Positions 16,539 through 27,315 of a stretch of 64,000 bases of DNA are shown in pieces; position 1 is the stretch's first letter; each line of letters opens with the position of its first letter. This stretch comes from a virus. Taxonomy: Duplodnaviria > Caudoviricetes. Location of the stretch: positions 64,001 to 128,000 of IMG/VR virus record IMGVR_UViG_3300032292_000618, one strand, 5' to 3'. The notes below the pieces were generated by a model that worked only from the letters and a program-made list of their open reading frames with translations, was not told where the DNA came from and searched no databases. The translations under genes and the position numbers were made by a program.

Positions 16539-16546
16539 AGTATAAT
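16518..16546 (+). promoter_or_regulatory. Sigma70-type promoter for the glyco operon
   Basis: TTGCAT-17 nt-TATAAT overlapping the terminator. Confidence 0.65.
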
Positions 16547-16566
16547 AATGAAAAAGTAATCTGTAT

Positions 16567-17568
16567 ATGAAAGTAGCTTTAATTACTGGTATCACTGGCC
16601 AAGATGGATCGTATCTTGCTGAATTATTACTCCAAAAAGGTTATGAAGTTCATGGCATTATTAGAAGGTCTTCCCTTATCAATACGCATCGTATTGATCA
16701 TGTATATGATTCAATTAATTTGCATTATGGGGACCTTACTGATGCTACGAACTTAGTTAGAGTTATTCAACAAGTTCAACCAGATGAAATCTATAACCTT
16801 GCTGCACAAAGTCATGTAAAGGTATCTTTTGAGATGCCTGAGTACACTGCTGATGTTGATGGTGTTGGCACACTAAGGATCCTAGAATCAGTTAGGTTGC
16901 TTGGTATGGAAGATAAAGTGAGAATCTATCAGGCATCTACATCTGAACTGTATGGACTTGTTCAGGAAATCCCTCAGAAAGAAACAACACCTTTTTATCC
17001 TAGGTCTCCTTATGGTGTTGCTAAGTTATATGCTTATTGGATCACAAAGAACTATAGAGAAGCGTATGACATGTATGCCTGTACTGGCATCCTGTTCAAT
17101 CACGAATCTCCTAGAAGAGGAGAAACATTTGTAACTAGAAAGATTGTTAGAGCACTATCTAAAATTTCTTGTGGTTTGCAAGATACATTATATCTGGGCA
17201 ACCTTAATGCCCAAAGAGATTGGGGTCATGCAAAAGATTATGTAGAAGCAATGTGGTTAATGCTCCAGCAAAAATATGCAGATGATTATGTTATTGCAAC
17301 AGGAGAACAATACTCAGTCAGAGAATTTGTAGATAAAGCAGCACCTTACTTTGGATTTAATATTGAATGGAAAGGTAAATATATGGATGAAGTTGGGATT
17401 GATACTAATACTGGAAAAGAGGTTATTAAAGTAGATCCTAAATATTTTAGACCTGCTGAAGTAGAGACTTTGTTAGGTGATGCCTCTAAGGCAAAAGTTG
17501 AATTAGGTTGGGAACCTAAGATTTCATTTGATCAATTAGTTGAGGATATGTGCATTTATGGACAGTAA
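16567..17568 (+). CDS. gmd: GDP-mannose 4,6-dehydratase
   Basis: [41 protein letters not shown]. Confidence 0.98.
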   Translation: MKVALITGITGQDGSYLAELLLQKGYEVHGIIRRSSLINTHRIDHVYDSINLHYGDLTDATNLVRVIQQVQPDEIYNLAAQSHVKVSFEMPEYTADVDGVGTLRILESVRLLGMEDKVRIYQASTSELYGLVQEIPQKETTPFYPRSPYGVAKLYAYWITKNYREAYDMYACTGILFNHESPRRGETFVTRKIVRALSKISCGLQDTLYLGNLNAQRDWGHAKDYVEAMWLMLQQKYADDYVIATGEQYSVREFVDKAAPYFGFNIEWKGKYMDEVGIDTNTGKEVIKVDPKYFRPAEVETLLGDASKAKVELGWEPKISFDQLVEDMCIYGQ

Positions 17569-18526
17569 TTCTAAAGTATTGGTTGCCGGTGCCAATGGAA
17601 TGGTTGGATCGGCAATTGTCAGAAATCTTGAGAGTAAAGGATATACTAATATCATGAAAGGAACTCGCCATATTGTAGATTTTACTGACCAAGAAGAAAC
17701 TGATAGGTTTTTTCAGTTAGCAAAACCCGAGTATGTTTTTGTTGCCGCTGCTAAAGTTGGTGGCATTATGGCAAACAATAACTATAAGGCAGATTTTCTA
17801 ACTGAGAATCTTCGCATTCAAACTAATATTATTGAGTCTGCTAATCGTTGGAATGCAACTAAACTTCTGTTCCTTGGTTCCTCTTGCATCTATCCTAAGT
17901 TTGCTACTCAACCAATCAGAGAAGATCAGTTTATGACTGGTTCTTTGGAACCAACAAACGATGCCTATGCAATTGCCAAGATATCTGGTATTATGATGTG
18001 TCAGGCATATAGAGAACAGTATGGGTTCAATGCCATCTCACTGATGCCTACAAATCTTTATGGTACTAATGATAATTTTGATTTGGAAACATCACATGTT
18101 CTTCCTGCAATGATTAGGAAGTTTCATGAAGCTGCTAGAAAGGGATATGTAATAGATCCAGGTGGTCCTTGGTATGGTCCATCAGTAGAATTGTGGGGAG
18201 ATGGATCTGCAAGGAGAGAGTTTCTTCATGTTGATGATCTTGCAGAAGCATGTTTCAGATGTATGATTTCATACGATGATTCTGAAATTATTAATGTAGG
18301 AACTGGTGAAGATCTTACTATTAAAGAACTTGCAGAATTAATTTCTATTATTGTTGATTATCCAGGTAAAATTGAATGGGATACTTCTAAACCTAATGGT
18401 ACTCCTAGAAAAGTCTTGAATGTAGACAAAATCAAATCTCTTGGTTGGAGTCCTAAGATTGGGATTCGTCAAGGAATCTATGAAACTTATGAGTGGTACA
18501 AGAATGAGCAAACTAGTAATCTTTGA
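17558..18526 (+). CDS. fcl: GDP-L-fucose synthase
   Basis: [36 protein letters not shown]. Confidence 0.97.
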   Translation: MDSNSKVLVAGANGMVGSAIVRNLESKGYTNIMKGTRHIVDFTDQEETDRFFQLAKPEYVFVAAAKVGGIMANNNYKADFLTENLRIQTNIIESANRWNATKLLFLGSSCIYPKFATQPIREDQFMTGSLEPTNDAYAIAKISGIMMCQAYREQYGFNAISLMPTNLYGTNDNFDLETSHVLPAMIRKFHEAARKGYVIDPGGPWYGPSVELWGDGSARREFLHVDDLAEACFRCMISYDDSEIINVGTGEDLTIKELAELISIIVDYPGKIEWDTSKPNGTPRKVLNVDKIKSLGWSPKIGIRQGIYETYEWYKNEQTSNL

Positions 18527-19871
18527 TTTAGATGGTGTTTTGATTGATAGCAAGGACTATCACTATGAAGCACTTAATCAGGCACTTGGAGACAAGTACT
18601 CTATTAGTAGAGAAGAGCATGTTAGCGTTTATGATGGTCTTCCAACCAGGGCAAAGTTAGAACTTCTTACTAAAAATAAAGGTTTGCCGGTAGATCTTTA
18701 TGATCAGATTTGGCAAGACAAACAAGAGGCAACACTTAAGATCTTTAATGACTGTGTAGCAAAAGATTATGAGTTGATGGGATACTTCCAACAACTTGTA
18801 GATGCTGGGTATAAGATTGCTGTTGCATCTAATTCTATTAGGAATACTGTTAAAATACTTTTATTAAGATTGGGAGTATTGGAGTTTGTAGACATGTATG
18901 TGTCTAATGAAGATGTAGTCAGGAACAAGCCATTCCCAGCAATGTATTGGAAGTGTATGACTGCTCTTGGTGCTCTTCCTGCAGATACTGTGATTGTTGA
19001 GGATAGTCATATTGGCAGACAGGGAGCATTAGATAGTAAGGCACATCTGGTTCCAGTAGAAAATAGAAAAGATCTTAATCAAGAAAAGATCAATAGAATT
19101 AAAAAGATTTTAAATGGCACAAAACAAAAAGTGGCATGGGAGAGTAAGACCATGAATGTTCTGATTCCTATGGCAGGAGCTGGTAGTAGATTTGCTAGTC
19201 AGGGATATACCTTCCCTAAACCTTTGATTGAAGTTAGAGGGAAACCAATGATTCAGGTAGTAGTTGAGAACCTGAATATTAAAGCAAACTATACTTTTAT
19301 TGTTCAGAAAGAACACTATGAAAAATATAATTTAAATTATCTACTTCCCCTGATTGCTCCCAATTGTAATATTGTTCAAGTAGATGGAATCACTGAAGGT
19401 GCTGCTTGTACAACTCTTCTTGCTAAAGAGTTTATCAATAATGATGAACCTCTGGTGATGGCAAACTCAGACCAGTTTGTTGTATGGGATTCTAATGAAA
19501 CTCTCTATGCATTTCAGAATGGTGAATGTGATGGAGGTATCCTGACATTCCCTGCAACTCACCCTAAATGGTCCTATGCTAAGCTTGGTGATGATGGGTA
19601 TGTTGAAGAAGTTGCAGAGAAGAAACCAATCTCTGAACATGCTACTGTTGGTATCTACTACTGGAAGAAAGGTTCTGATTATGTAAAGTATGCAGAACAA
19701 ATGATTAAGAAAAACATTAGAGTTAATAATGAATTCTATGTCTGTCCAGTATTCAATGAGGCAATTTCCGATAGTAAAAAAATCAGAATTAAAGAGATTG
19801 AAAAGGATGGGATGTGGGGTATTGGGACACCTGAAGATTTAAATTATTTCTTGGAGCACTACAAAGAATGA
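18504..19871 (+). CDS. HAD hydrolase fused to a nucleotidyltransferase
   Basis: FDLDGVL...NKP...EDS, then IPMAGAGSRF...PKPLI...NEFYVCP...GTPEDL. Confidence 0.9.
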   Translation: MSKLVIFDLDGVLIDSKDYHYEALNQALGDKYSISREEHVSVYDGLPTRAKLELLTKNKGLPVDLYDQIWQDKQEATLKIFNDCVAKDYELMGYFQQLVDAGYKIAVASNSIRNTVKILLLRLGVLEFVDMYVSNEDVVRNKPFPAMYWKCMTALGALPADTVIVEDSHIGRQGALDSKAHLVPVENRKDLNQEKINRIKKILNGTKQKVAWESKTMNVLIPMAGAGSRFASQGYTFPKPLIEVRGKPMIQVVVENLNIKANYTFIVQKEHYEKYNLNYLLPLIAPNCNIVQVDGITEGAACTTLLAKEFINNDEPLVMANSDQFVVWDSNETLYAFQNGECDGGILTFPATHPKWSYAKLGDDGYVEEVAEKKPISEHATVGIYYWKKGSDYVKYAEQMIKKNIRVNNEFYVCPVFNEAISDSKKIRIKEIEKDGMWGIGTPEDLNYFLEHYKE

Positions 19872-20332
19872 AACTGATTGCACATAGAGGAAATATTAAC
19901 GGACCTGATCCCTCTAAGGAAAATAATCCAGATTATATTGAACAAGCAATTTCTCAAGGTTTTGATGTTGAAATTGATGTTAGATATAGTCCTCTAGATT
20001 CTAAATTGTATCTAGGACATGATGAACCAGATTATAAAGTAGATTGGTTTTGGTTTGGTAAATATAGAGATAATTTATGGATTCATTGTAAAAACATTGA
20101 AGCACTTTATGAGTTTTCTCGTGGCACAAGTGGATTTAATTATTTTTGGCATCAAGAAGATGATTATAGTTTAACTAGTAGAAATTATATTTGGACTTAT
20201 CCAGGTAAACCTTATACTTCAAAGTCTGTAATAGTCATGCCAGAATGGAATAAAAATGTAAATGAATTTGTAGACCTTAGAGCATATGATTGCTTTGGTA
20301 TTTGTAGTGATTATGTTGGGTATCTAGTATGA
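19868..20332 (+). CDS. Glycerophosphodiester phosphodiesterase-like protein
   Basis: IAHRGN...EN...DVEIDV...LGHD...GICSD. Confidence 0.8.
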   Translation: MKLIAHRGNINGPDPSKENNPDYIEQAISQGFDVEIDVRYSPLDSKLYLGHDEPDYKVDWFWFGKYRDNLWIHCKNIEALYEFSRGTSGFNYFWHQEDDYSLTSRNYIWTYPGKPYTSKSVIVMPEWNKNVNEFVDLRAYDCFGICSDYVGYLV

Positions 20333-21015
20333 AATTTACTTTTGGTATTATTACTGATGGAAATTCTGAAGATAATTTAAATAAAGTTATTGACAGCATA
20401 GAATCACAAAATATTAAAGAGTATCAAATTATAATAGTTGGGAACAGTTATATCTCTAGAGATAATACTTTTATAATTCCATTTAATGAAACTATTAGAC
20501 CTTCTTGGATTACTAGGAAAAAGAATTTAATTACTATAAATTCTAGATATGAAAATATAGTTTACTCTCATGACTATGTTGTATTTGAACCTGGATGGTA
20601 TGATGGGTTTTTAAAATTTGGAGAAGATTTTAAAATTTGTATGAACAAGTTCGTGAATCCAGATAACTCAAGATTTAGAGATTGGGTAATTTGGCCACAT
20701 AATGATAATTTTATGGATGGTATTGTTCTCCCTAACAGAGAATGCTTGATCCCATATGATATTACTCATCTATCCAAGTACATGTATATTTCTGGAACAT
20801 ATTGGGTTGCTAAAAAAAGCACCATGATGGAATTCCCATTAAATGAAAATCTTTCTTGGGGGCAGGGAGAAGATGTGTTCTGGTCAAAGCAAGTCAGACA
20901 AAAATATGATTTTTCAATTAATCAATTCTCAACAGTAAAATCTTTAAAATTTAAAGATCCTGCATTCAATATTACAGGTCAAGATACTGCTGATAAGTTA
21001 AGAGAGGTTGTATGA
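20329..21015 (+). CDS. Glycosyltransferase, GT-A fold
   Basis: SHDYV DxD-like motif; WGQGED. Confidence 0.7.
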   Translation: MKFTFGIITDGNSEDNLNKVIDSIESQNIKEYQIIIVGNSYISRDNTFIIPFNETIRPSWITRKKNLITINSRYENIVYSHDYVVFEPGWYDGFLKFGEDFKICMNKFVNPDNSRFRDWVIWPHNDNFMDGIVLPNRECLIPYDITHLSKYMYISGTYWVAKKSTMMEFPLNENLSWGQGEDVFWSKQVRQKYDFSINQFSTVKSLKFKDPAFNITGQDTADKLREVV

Positions 21016-21866
21016 AAAAAGTTGCAGTTATAATGCTTGGGGGCATTAGGCAAAAGGATCTTTTTTGGAAGTCCTACAATAACTGTATTTCTGGATATCC
21101 TCATGATTTGATAGTTGTTCATAGAGACTATGCTGGATTTCCATCTAAGGTTAGAAACTATGATGGGAGGATGATTATAGAAAATAAAATTATTAATGGT
21201 CAGGATATTCCACATAAAGCTTTTGGTGCTTATAGACATTACTTCTATAAGTATAAAAGTGATTATGAATTTTTTGTTTTTATATCAGATGATGTTATCT
21301 TAAAAAGAGATAATTGGTTAAAAGATATTATTCATACCATGTACTCCCATGAGAAAATTGGATTTGGAGCAAGTCAAATATTTAATGGACATAAATCATA
21401 TCCACATGAAAGTCATTTAAGATCCCCTTTTTGGTTTGCTAAAGCAGAAGTATTAGATCAAATAAATTGGGAGTTTACTTGGGATCATGATGGAGAAATG
21501 AAAATAGGAGATCAATGCACTGCAGTTGGATATGTTGGTGTTCAAGTTGGAAATAAAATTAATCTTGGATATGATGCAACTGAACAAGATCACATCACTC
21601 AACTATTAGAAAAAAAATATTGTTCTCCATATAGTCCTTATTCAAAATTTAAATCTGATGATTTTTTTAAAATAGCTTTTGAAAAATTATCAGAGACTGA
21701 CATATTTCAAGAGTTTGTAGAATCTCCTTATCCCCATATAGGATTTCAAAATACCTTTATTGATATAGAACCATTTAATAATTTGATCTACTATCCTTCA
21801 TTGGAAATTGCAAAAACTTATTCCTTAGTTAAAAGTCTTCCATACGATATTAATGTGTTATGTTAA
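21012..21866 (+). CDS. Putative glycosyltransferase
   Basis: FVFISDDV; located in the glyco operon. Confidence 0.55.
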   Translation: MKKVAVIMLGGIRQKDLFWKSYNNCISGYPHDLIVVHRDYAGFPSKVRNYDGRMIIENKIINGQDIPHKAFGAYRHYFYKYKSDYEFFVFISDDVILKRDNWLKDIIHTMYSHEKIGFGASQIFNGHKSYPHESHLRSPFWFAKAEVLDQINWEFTWDHDGEMKIGDQCTAVGYVGVQVGNKINLGYDATEQDHITQLLEKKYCSPYSPYSKFKSDDFFKIAFEKLSETDIFQEFVESPYPHIGFQNTFIDIEPFNNLIYYPSLEIAKTYSLVKSLPYDINVLC

Positions 21867-22543
21867 ATTTTAAACAAGTTACAGACATCCTTTTAAATCT
21901 AAAGGGAATAGAGTTTGGAGGACCTACTGAACTTTTTAGTGAACTGCAACATAACATGTTGCTATATCCATATGTAAATTTGGATGGGGGAAATATTATA
22001 AGTAATAATTACTTTCAGACAAATATATCATCAAATTTTATCTATGGAGATAAAATAGGAAGACAATATGATGTTGATTGTACAAATGAGGATCAATTAA
22101 AGAAGTTAAAGAAATATGATTTTGTTGTAACCTCACATGCAATAGAGCACTTTGCAAATCCCATTCATACTTTAAAGTTGTGGCAACAATATCTGTTGAA
22201 TTCAGGTGGTTATATTTTAACTATTATTCCAGACTATCAATATTGTTTTGACAGGAAGAGACCACTAACCAGAATGGATCATTTGATTTGTGATTATGTG
22301 GAAGGGGTTGGGGAAGATGATACTACCCATATAGAAGAACAGAAACAATTACATGATTGGTCTTATGGTGGGCATCATCAATTCTATGAATTATGTGAAA
22401 TCAATCATCTCACAAGAGTTGTACATCATCACACATTTACGATAGAATTAGTAGAAGAACTTTTTGATTATTGTGGATTTGAAAAAGTCCTATCATTTAA
22501 GAATGATGAATTGAACATTGTAAATCTGTCTAGGATTCCATGA
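21860..22543 (+). CDS. Class I SAM-dependent methyltransferase
   Basis: GIEFGG; YDFVVTSHAIEH; LNSGG. Confidence 0.8.
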   Translation: MLNFKQVTDILLNLKGIEFGGPTELFSELQHNMLLYPYVNLDGGNIISNNYFQTNISSNFIYGDKIGRQYDVDCTNEDQLKKLKKYDFVVTSHAIEHFANPIHTLKLWQQYLLNSGGYILTIIPDYQYCFDRKRPLTRMDHLICDYVEGVGEDDTTHIEEQKQLHDWSYGGHHQFYELCEINHLTRVVHHHTFTIELVEELFDYCGFEKVLSFKNDELNIVNLSRIP

Positions 22544-23502
22544 TTACTATTAATTATTTGTCCCATCAAAGAAAAGATCTCCATAAGTATTGGGAGATAA
22601 CAACACATTTTCTGAATAAAATTAAACCAGAGAATAAAGAGAAAGTAAAAATTAATGTTCTTGCATCAAAGTCTTTTGATTGGGGATCTTATCTTGAAGG
22701 ATTTGAATCTCAAGTTATGGTGTTTCCTGATGTAGAACTCAACTACATGCAAAAGATTAGTGCAGCATTAGATGAAACAAATAAGTATTCAGTTAAGCTT
22801 GATGAAGATTGTTTTATTAGCAATCATGTATGGGATTATATTATTGAGAACATAGATGTCTTAGATGATGAAGATAATTTTATTCTTACACCAATGCTGT
22901 CTAATGGTATTCCCCATACAGATAGATTTGTAGAATCTTTTGTTAAAGATCCTTGGATGATAGGGGCAATATATAGAAATTATTTGAACCAAGAAATGCC
23001 CAATGGATTATGGGGTGCAGATTATACTCCTCTAAATGCACATACAATCAATGCTAATTCTTGGGACTCCAAAGCATTTTTTGAAGGTGTTTCTAACCTG
23101 AATACATACTTAAAGGGAATTCACCCTATTAGAATTTGTGCTAAAGCTCAGTTATTATTAAACAATTATATTGTAGAAAACTTTGATAGACTAATATCAA
23201 AGCATGACTATAGTATCAAAGAATTTAAAGAACCATATTACACAACAAGCACATTTATAATTAAAACTGAAGATTGGAAAAGGTTACTAGATATTGGTGC
23301 TCATGATTCATTTGATGAAATTCAGTTGAATTTGTATAGAGAAAAGTATAATAAAAAGTTTCTTTATATTGAAAATGGATTTGGCATCCATACCATTTAC
23401 AATACCATCTATGGTAACAAAAATATTTGGAACATAGGTATGGAAGATGGGTACACCTATGAGGTAGAATTTGTAGACAGCATTCTTGGTAAATTAAAAT
23501 GA
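22540..23502 (+). CDS. Putative glycosyltransferase
   Basis: SVKLDEDCF DxD motif. Confidence 0.6.
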   Translation: MITINYLSHQRKDLHKYWEITTHFLNKIKPENKEKVKINVLASKSFDWGSYLEGFESQVMVFPDVELNYMQKISAALDETNKYSVKLDEDCFISNHVWDYIIENIDVLDDEDNFILTPMLSNGIPHTDRFVESFVKDPWMIGAIYRNYLNQEMPNGLWGADYTPLNAHTINANSWDSKAFFEGVSNLNTYLKGIHPIRICAKAQLLLNNYIVENFDRLISKHDYSIKEFKEPYYTTSTFIIKTEDWKRLLDIGAHDSFDEIQLNLYREKYNKKFLYIENGFGIHTIYNTIYGNKNIWNIGMEDGYTYEVEFVDSILGKLK

Positions 23503-24146
23503 TTCATTGTATTGGAGATAGTCATTCAGCAGTATTCAGTGGTGAGGAAACAATGCAACCTTGCTGGCCAGATCCAGCTGCAAATAAACTTCCTTACTTT
23601 AAGAGTTATAGAATTGGTCCTGCTACTGCATATCAATTAGCAACTAAGCAACCTATTATTGAATCTCTAATTAATTCACTAGAACTTACATCAGAAGATT
23701 ATTTAATGTTTTGTTTTGGTGAAGTTGATATTAGAGCTCATTTAATTAAGCAATCTAAAATTCAAAATAGACCAGTAGAAGAATTGGTGGTAGAATGTGT
23801 AGAAAGATATGTTGAATCTCTAAGTGTATATAAAAAGTATAATATTCCTATTGTTGTATGGGGACCTATTGCGTCATGGTGCGATCAGAAGGTATATACT
23901 GGAGGGCCATCTTTTGGAACAAATTTGGAAAGAAATTTAATAACAAAAGCATTTAATACAACACTTGAATTGTGTTGCATTAAACCCCAATTTGAATTTA
24001 TTACAATCTTTTCAGAAATGCTTAATGATGATGGAACAACCAATGGTGATTTTCTAGATGACTGGGAAGGATCTCATATGCATTTGTCCCAAAGGTCAAT
24101 GCCAACAATACTACAAAAATTTAAATCTGCAGGATTAATTAAATGA
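23499..24146 (+). CDS. SGNH hydrolase/acyltransferase-like protein
   Basis: IGDSH; FGEVD; C-terminal HMHL. Confidence 0.75.
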   Translation: MIHCIGDSHSAVFSGEETMQPCWPDPAANKLPYFKSYRIGPATAYQLATKQPIIESLINSLELTSEDYLMFCFGEVDIRAHLIKQSKIQNRPVEELVVECVERYVESLSVYKKYNIPIVVWGPIASWCDQKVYTGGPSFGTNLERNLITKAFNTTLELCCIKPQFEFITIFSEMLNDDGTTNGDFLDDWEGSHMHLSQRSMPTILQKFKSAGLIK

Positions 24147-24877
24147 GTTACAAAGGTTATGAAAATAAAGTTGAATTCATTAAAAATGAATTTGTAAATT
24201 ATTATGTAGATAAAGGACCTGAAAATGGGATCCTTCAGGGGTTTAAATATCAAGGAGCAGCAACTCATTGTAGAAATTGTCTTGCCACTTTAGTCAAAAT
24301 GATTGAAGCAAAAACTGTTCTTGAAATTGGTTCTTGGCATTATGAAAGTTCTAATGCTATGGCTTTTGCTATGGATGAACTTTATGGTAGATCTGGATAT
24401 GGTGTGATTGATTCCTTTGACATTAGAAAGGGTGGTTATGATGGACAGATTTCATATGTTCCTCATTCAACTAGAGTCAATGCCAGATACTGGTATCCTC
24501 ATCATTCAGATTATGATGATTGGAAGTATAAAGTAGATCTTCCATTTAATGATTTTGTAGACTATACAAATGATGAGATTTCAGAAAAGAATATTCAAAT
24601 TCTTAAAGAAGCATCTAAAGATTTTGGTAGCAGATATGATCTTATTTTTGTAGATGGAGATCATTCTTATGAAGGAGTTAAGAGAGATTTTGAAGTTGCT
24701 ATGTCAGTAGCAGATAAAGATACTCTTATTGTCATTGATAATGTTTGGGACATTAGACTTAAAGATGTAAGACAGTTCTATGATGAACTAGAATTAACTA
24801 AGTGGGACTTTGAAGAATGGAATGATGAACATTATCAAAGTAATATGGTTCAAGACACTGCCATCTGTATCCTATGA
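24143..24877 (+). CDS. Class I SAM-dependent methyltransferase (Methyltransf_24-like)
   Basis: VLEIGS; DLIFVDGDHSYEGV. Confidence 0.85.
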   Translation: MSYKGYENKVEFIKNEFVNYYVDKGPENGILQGFKYQGAATHCRNCLATLVKMIEAKTVLEIGSWHYESSNAMAFAMDELYGRSGYGVIDSFDIRKGGYDGQISYVPHSTRVNARYWYPHHSDYDDWKYKVDLPFNDFVDYTNDEISEKNIQILKEASKDFGSRYDLIFVDGDHSYEGVKRDFEVAMSVADKDTLIVIDNVWDIRLKDVRQFYDELELTKWDFEEWNDEHYQSNMVQDTAICIL

Positions 24878-25731
24878 AAATTAAAGTTTATTTTGTTACT
24901 TATGATAATGATTTTGAGTTGAATAAAACTCTTAAAACATTTGAAAAAAGTGGAATCAAAGATTTTGATCATGAAATTTTTATAGTCAATAATTTTAAAG
25001 ATGCCCCAGTTGTTCTTGAGGATGTTGATTTAAAATATACTGTTATTACTAATTCTACTAGACCAACATTTTCTACTGGACACCTTGCTAGAAATTGGAA
25101 TGAGTGTTTGATTGATGGGTTTAGGGATTTGGAAAATCCAGATTGTGATATTGTTATTCTTTCTCAAAATGACGTTCATTATGATGAAGGCACTATTAAT
25201 AAATTAGTTGAAAGTCATAAGATTTATAATTTTATTACTAGTGGATGTGGAGATGCTTTCCATAGCTATACTGTTGATGCAATTATAGCAGTTGGATTGT
25301 GGGATGAAAGATATTGTAACATTGGATGGCAAGAGTGTGATTACTTTTTAAGACATTTGATTTATAATAAAAATGCAAGTTCTATAAATGACCTTTTACA
25401 TGCTAGAATCAATAATAGATTAGATTATGATGTAGCTAATGTAGAAGAAAAGTATTCTGGGTTTGTTAGAAATGACATACATCATATGAAATCAATGAAA
25501 TACCATAGTATTTCTATGAATACTTTTATCAAAAAATGGGGATTAGGAGTTCCTGGAATAGATTGGCAGGGTCCCATGTATGAATATAAAGATGGAATAT
25601 ATCCTAGTGCATATGGCATTACTCCTGATATTGTGCTAGAATCTCCACAGTGGATAATGTATCCTTTTTTTGAAAGTAAGATACCTAACTTAAAAAATAA
25701 AAATTATATCAATTATGAAACACAGAATTAA
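24874..25731 (+). CDS. Glycosyltransferase, family 2-like
   Basis: LARNWN; SQND; VGLWDERY...ECDY. Confidence 0.7.
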   Translation: MKIKVYFVTYDNDFELNKTLKTFEKSGIKDFDHEIFIVNNFKDAPVVLEDVDLKYTVITNSTRPTFSTGHLARNWNECLIDGFRDLENPDCDIVILSQNDVHYDEGTINKLVESHKIYNFITSGCGDAFHSYTVDAIIAVGLWDERYCNIGWQECDYFLRHLIYNKNASSINDLLHARINNRLDYDVANVEEKYSGFVRNDIHHMKSMKYHSISMNTFIKKWGLGVPGIDWQGPMYEYKDGIYPSAYGITPDIVLESPQWIMYPFFESKIPNLKNKNYINYETQN

Positions 25732-26518
25732 TTTAGTTGGAAATTCCTTTACCCATCTTACTGGAGGAAATAAAGGATACTCTGTACATGGAAAGGAATC
25801 TAAGTATATTGAATGGGTCTTTGATCTTTCTGCAAATGAAACTGTTTATGTAGATCAGAATATTAATCAGGCATTTACTGATGGAATTCCAGGCAAAAAA
25901 TATGGATGGTTGCTTGAATCTAAATTTGTAGTTCCTGGGATTGCAGATGAGATAAAGGCAAATGTAGAAGAATACTTTAAAGTATTTGAATATATTTTTA
26001 CGCATAATAAAGAACTTCTTAGTCTTGACTCTAGATTTAAGTGGTGTCCAGCTCAAGGATTTTGGATTAAAGAACCAAAGATCTATGAGAAAAGTAAAAT
26101 GATTTCTATGATCTCTTCTAATAAAGCATTTACTGAAGGGCAAAAAAATAGATTAGATTGGGTGGAAAGACTTGGGGATCAGGTTGATATCTATGGTAGA
26201 GGTATCAATCCAATTGATGATAAAGAAGAAGGTCTCTGTGATTATATGTTTTCTGTTGTAATTGAAAATGGAGTTTATGAATCATACTACACAGAGAAGA
26301 TTCTTGATTGTTTTGCTACTGGTACTATCCCTGTTTATCTGGGATCTCCTGACATTGGTGAACATTTTAACCAAGATGGAATCATTCAACTGAGTGATGA
26401 GTTTGATGTTTCTGAAGAAATTTATGAAAGCAAGATTGAAGCAATCAAAGATAACTTAAAAAGAGTCAAACAGATTGAAGTTCTAGAAGATTTTATTTAC
26501 GTTAATTATTTGCAATGA
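25715..26518 (+). CDS. GT10-like fucosyltransferase
   Basis: YMFSVVIEN...YYTEKILDCF...IPVYLG. Confidence 0.85.
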   Translation: MKHRINLVGNSFTHLTGGNKGYSVHGKESKYIEWVFDLSANETVYVDQNINQAFTDGIPGKKYGWLLESKFVVPGIADEIKANVEEYFKVFEYIFTHNKELLSLDSRFKWCPAQGFWIKEPKIYEKSKMISMISSNKAFTEGQKNRLDWVERLGDQVDIYGRGINPIDDKEEGLCDYMFSVVIENGVYESYYTEKILDCFATGTIPVYLGSPDIGEHFNQDGIIQLSDEFDVSEEIYESKIEAIKDNLKRVKQIEVLEDFIYVNYLQ

Positions 26519-27315
26519 TCTCATTTAATCAGTTAGGAAATTTAGGAAGACTTGGAAATCAGATGTTTCAGTATGCCTCTTTAAGAGGTATTGCTGCGAA
26601 TAGAGGATTTGAATTTTGCATTCCTCCACAACAAGTGTTTGGTGTTAGTGATCCAAATGTAAAAAATTCAGAAACTAATATTCACACTGCTTTTGATTTA
26701 AGTAAGTATAATAAATTCCTTGAACCAAATCAAATGGTTAAGGAATCTGGATTTCATTTTGATGAATACTTGTTTAATAACTGTGAAGATAATGTAGATC
26801 TTTATGGATATTTTCAATCTGAAAAATACTTTAAGAATATTGAAGAAGATCTTAGAAAAGATTTTACTTTTAAATCTGAAGTAGTGGATGTATGTGAAGA
26901 GTTTATTCAAGAGATTGTTAAGAGTGATCAAATAATCTCTTTGCATATTAGAAGAGGGGATTATTTAACCTTACAATCCTTTCATCCAACTCCACCACTT
27001 GAGTATTATTCTGAAGCACTATCAAGGTTTGGGGATATTCCAGTCATTATTTTTTCAGATGATAGTGAGTGGTGCGTGAGACAAAATTTATTTGATCCAG
27101 ATAGATTTTTTATATCTCAAGCAAATATGGCAGAATATGATATGTGCCTTATGTCTATGTGTACTCATCATATCATTGCAAATAGTTCATTTAGTTGGTG
27201 GGGAGCATGGTTAGCTAAAAGTAAAAATGTTATTGCTCCAAAAATTTGGTTTGGACCTTCTTTACCAGACCATAATACAAAGGATCTTTATCTAGATGAT
27301 TGGGAGGTTTTATGA
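26515..27315 (+). CDS. GT11 alpha-1,2-fucosyltransferase
   Basis: GRLGNQMFQYA; GYFQSEKYF; HIRRGDY; ANSSFSWWGAW. Confidence 0.93.
   Translation: MISFNQLGNLGRLGNQMFQYASLRGIAANRGFEFCIPPQQVFGVSDPNVKNSETNIHTAFDLSKYNKFLEPNQMVKESGFHFDEYLFNNCEDNVDLYGYFQSEKYFKNIEEDLRKDFTFKSEVVDVCEEFIQEIVKSDQIISLHIRRGDYLTLQSFHPTPPLEYYSEALSRFGDIPVIIFSDDSEWCVRQNLFDPDRFFISQANMAEYDMCLMSMCTHHIIANSSFSWWGAWLAKSKNVIAPKIWFGPSLPDHNTKDLYLDDWEVL

Noticed and set aside
16287-16559. 90-aa ORF in the track
   Set aside because: TTG start, no SD, runs through the repeated RNA modules and a terminator; better explained as non-coding RNA
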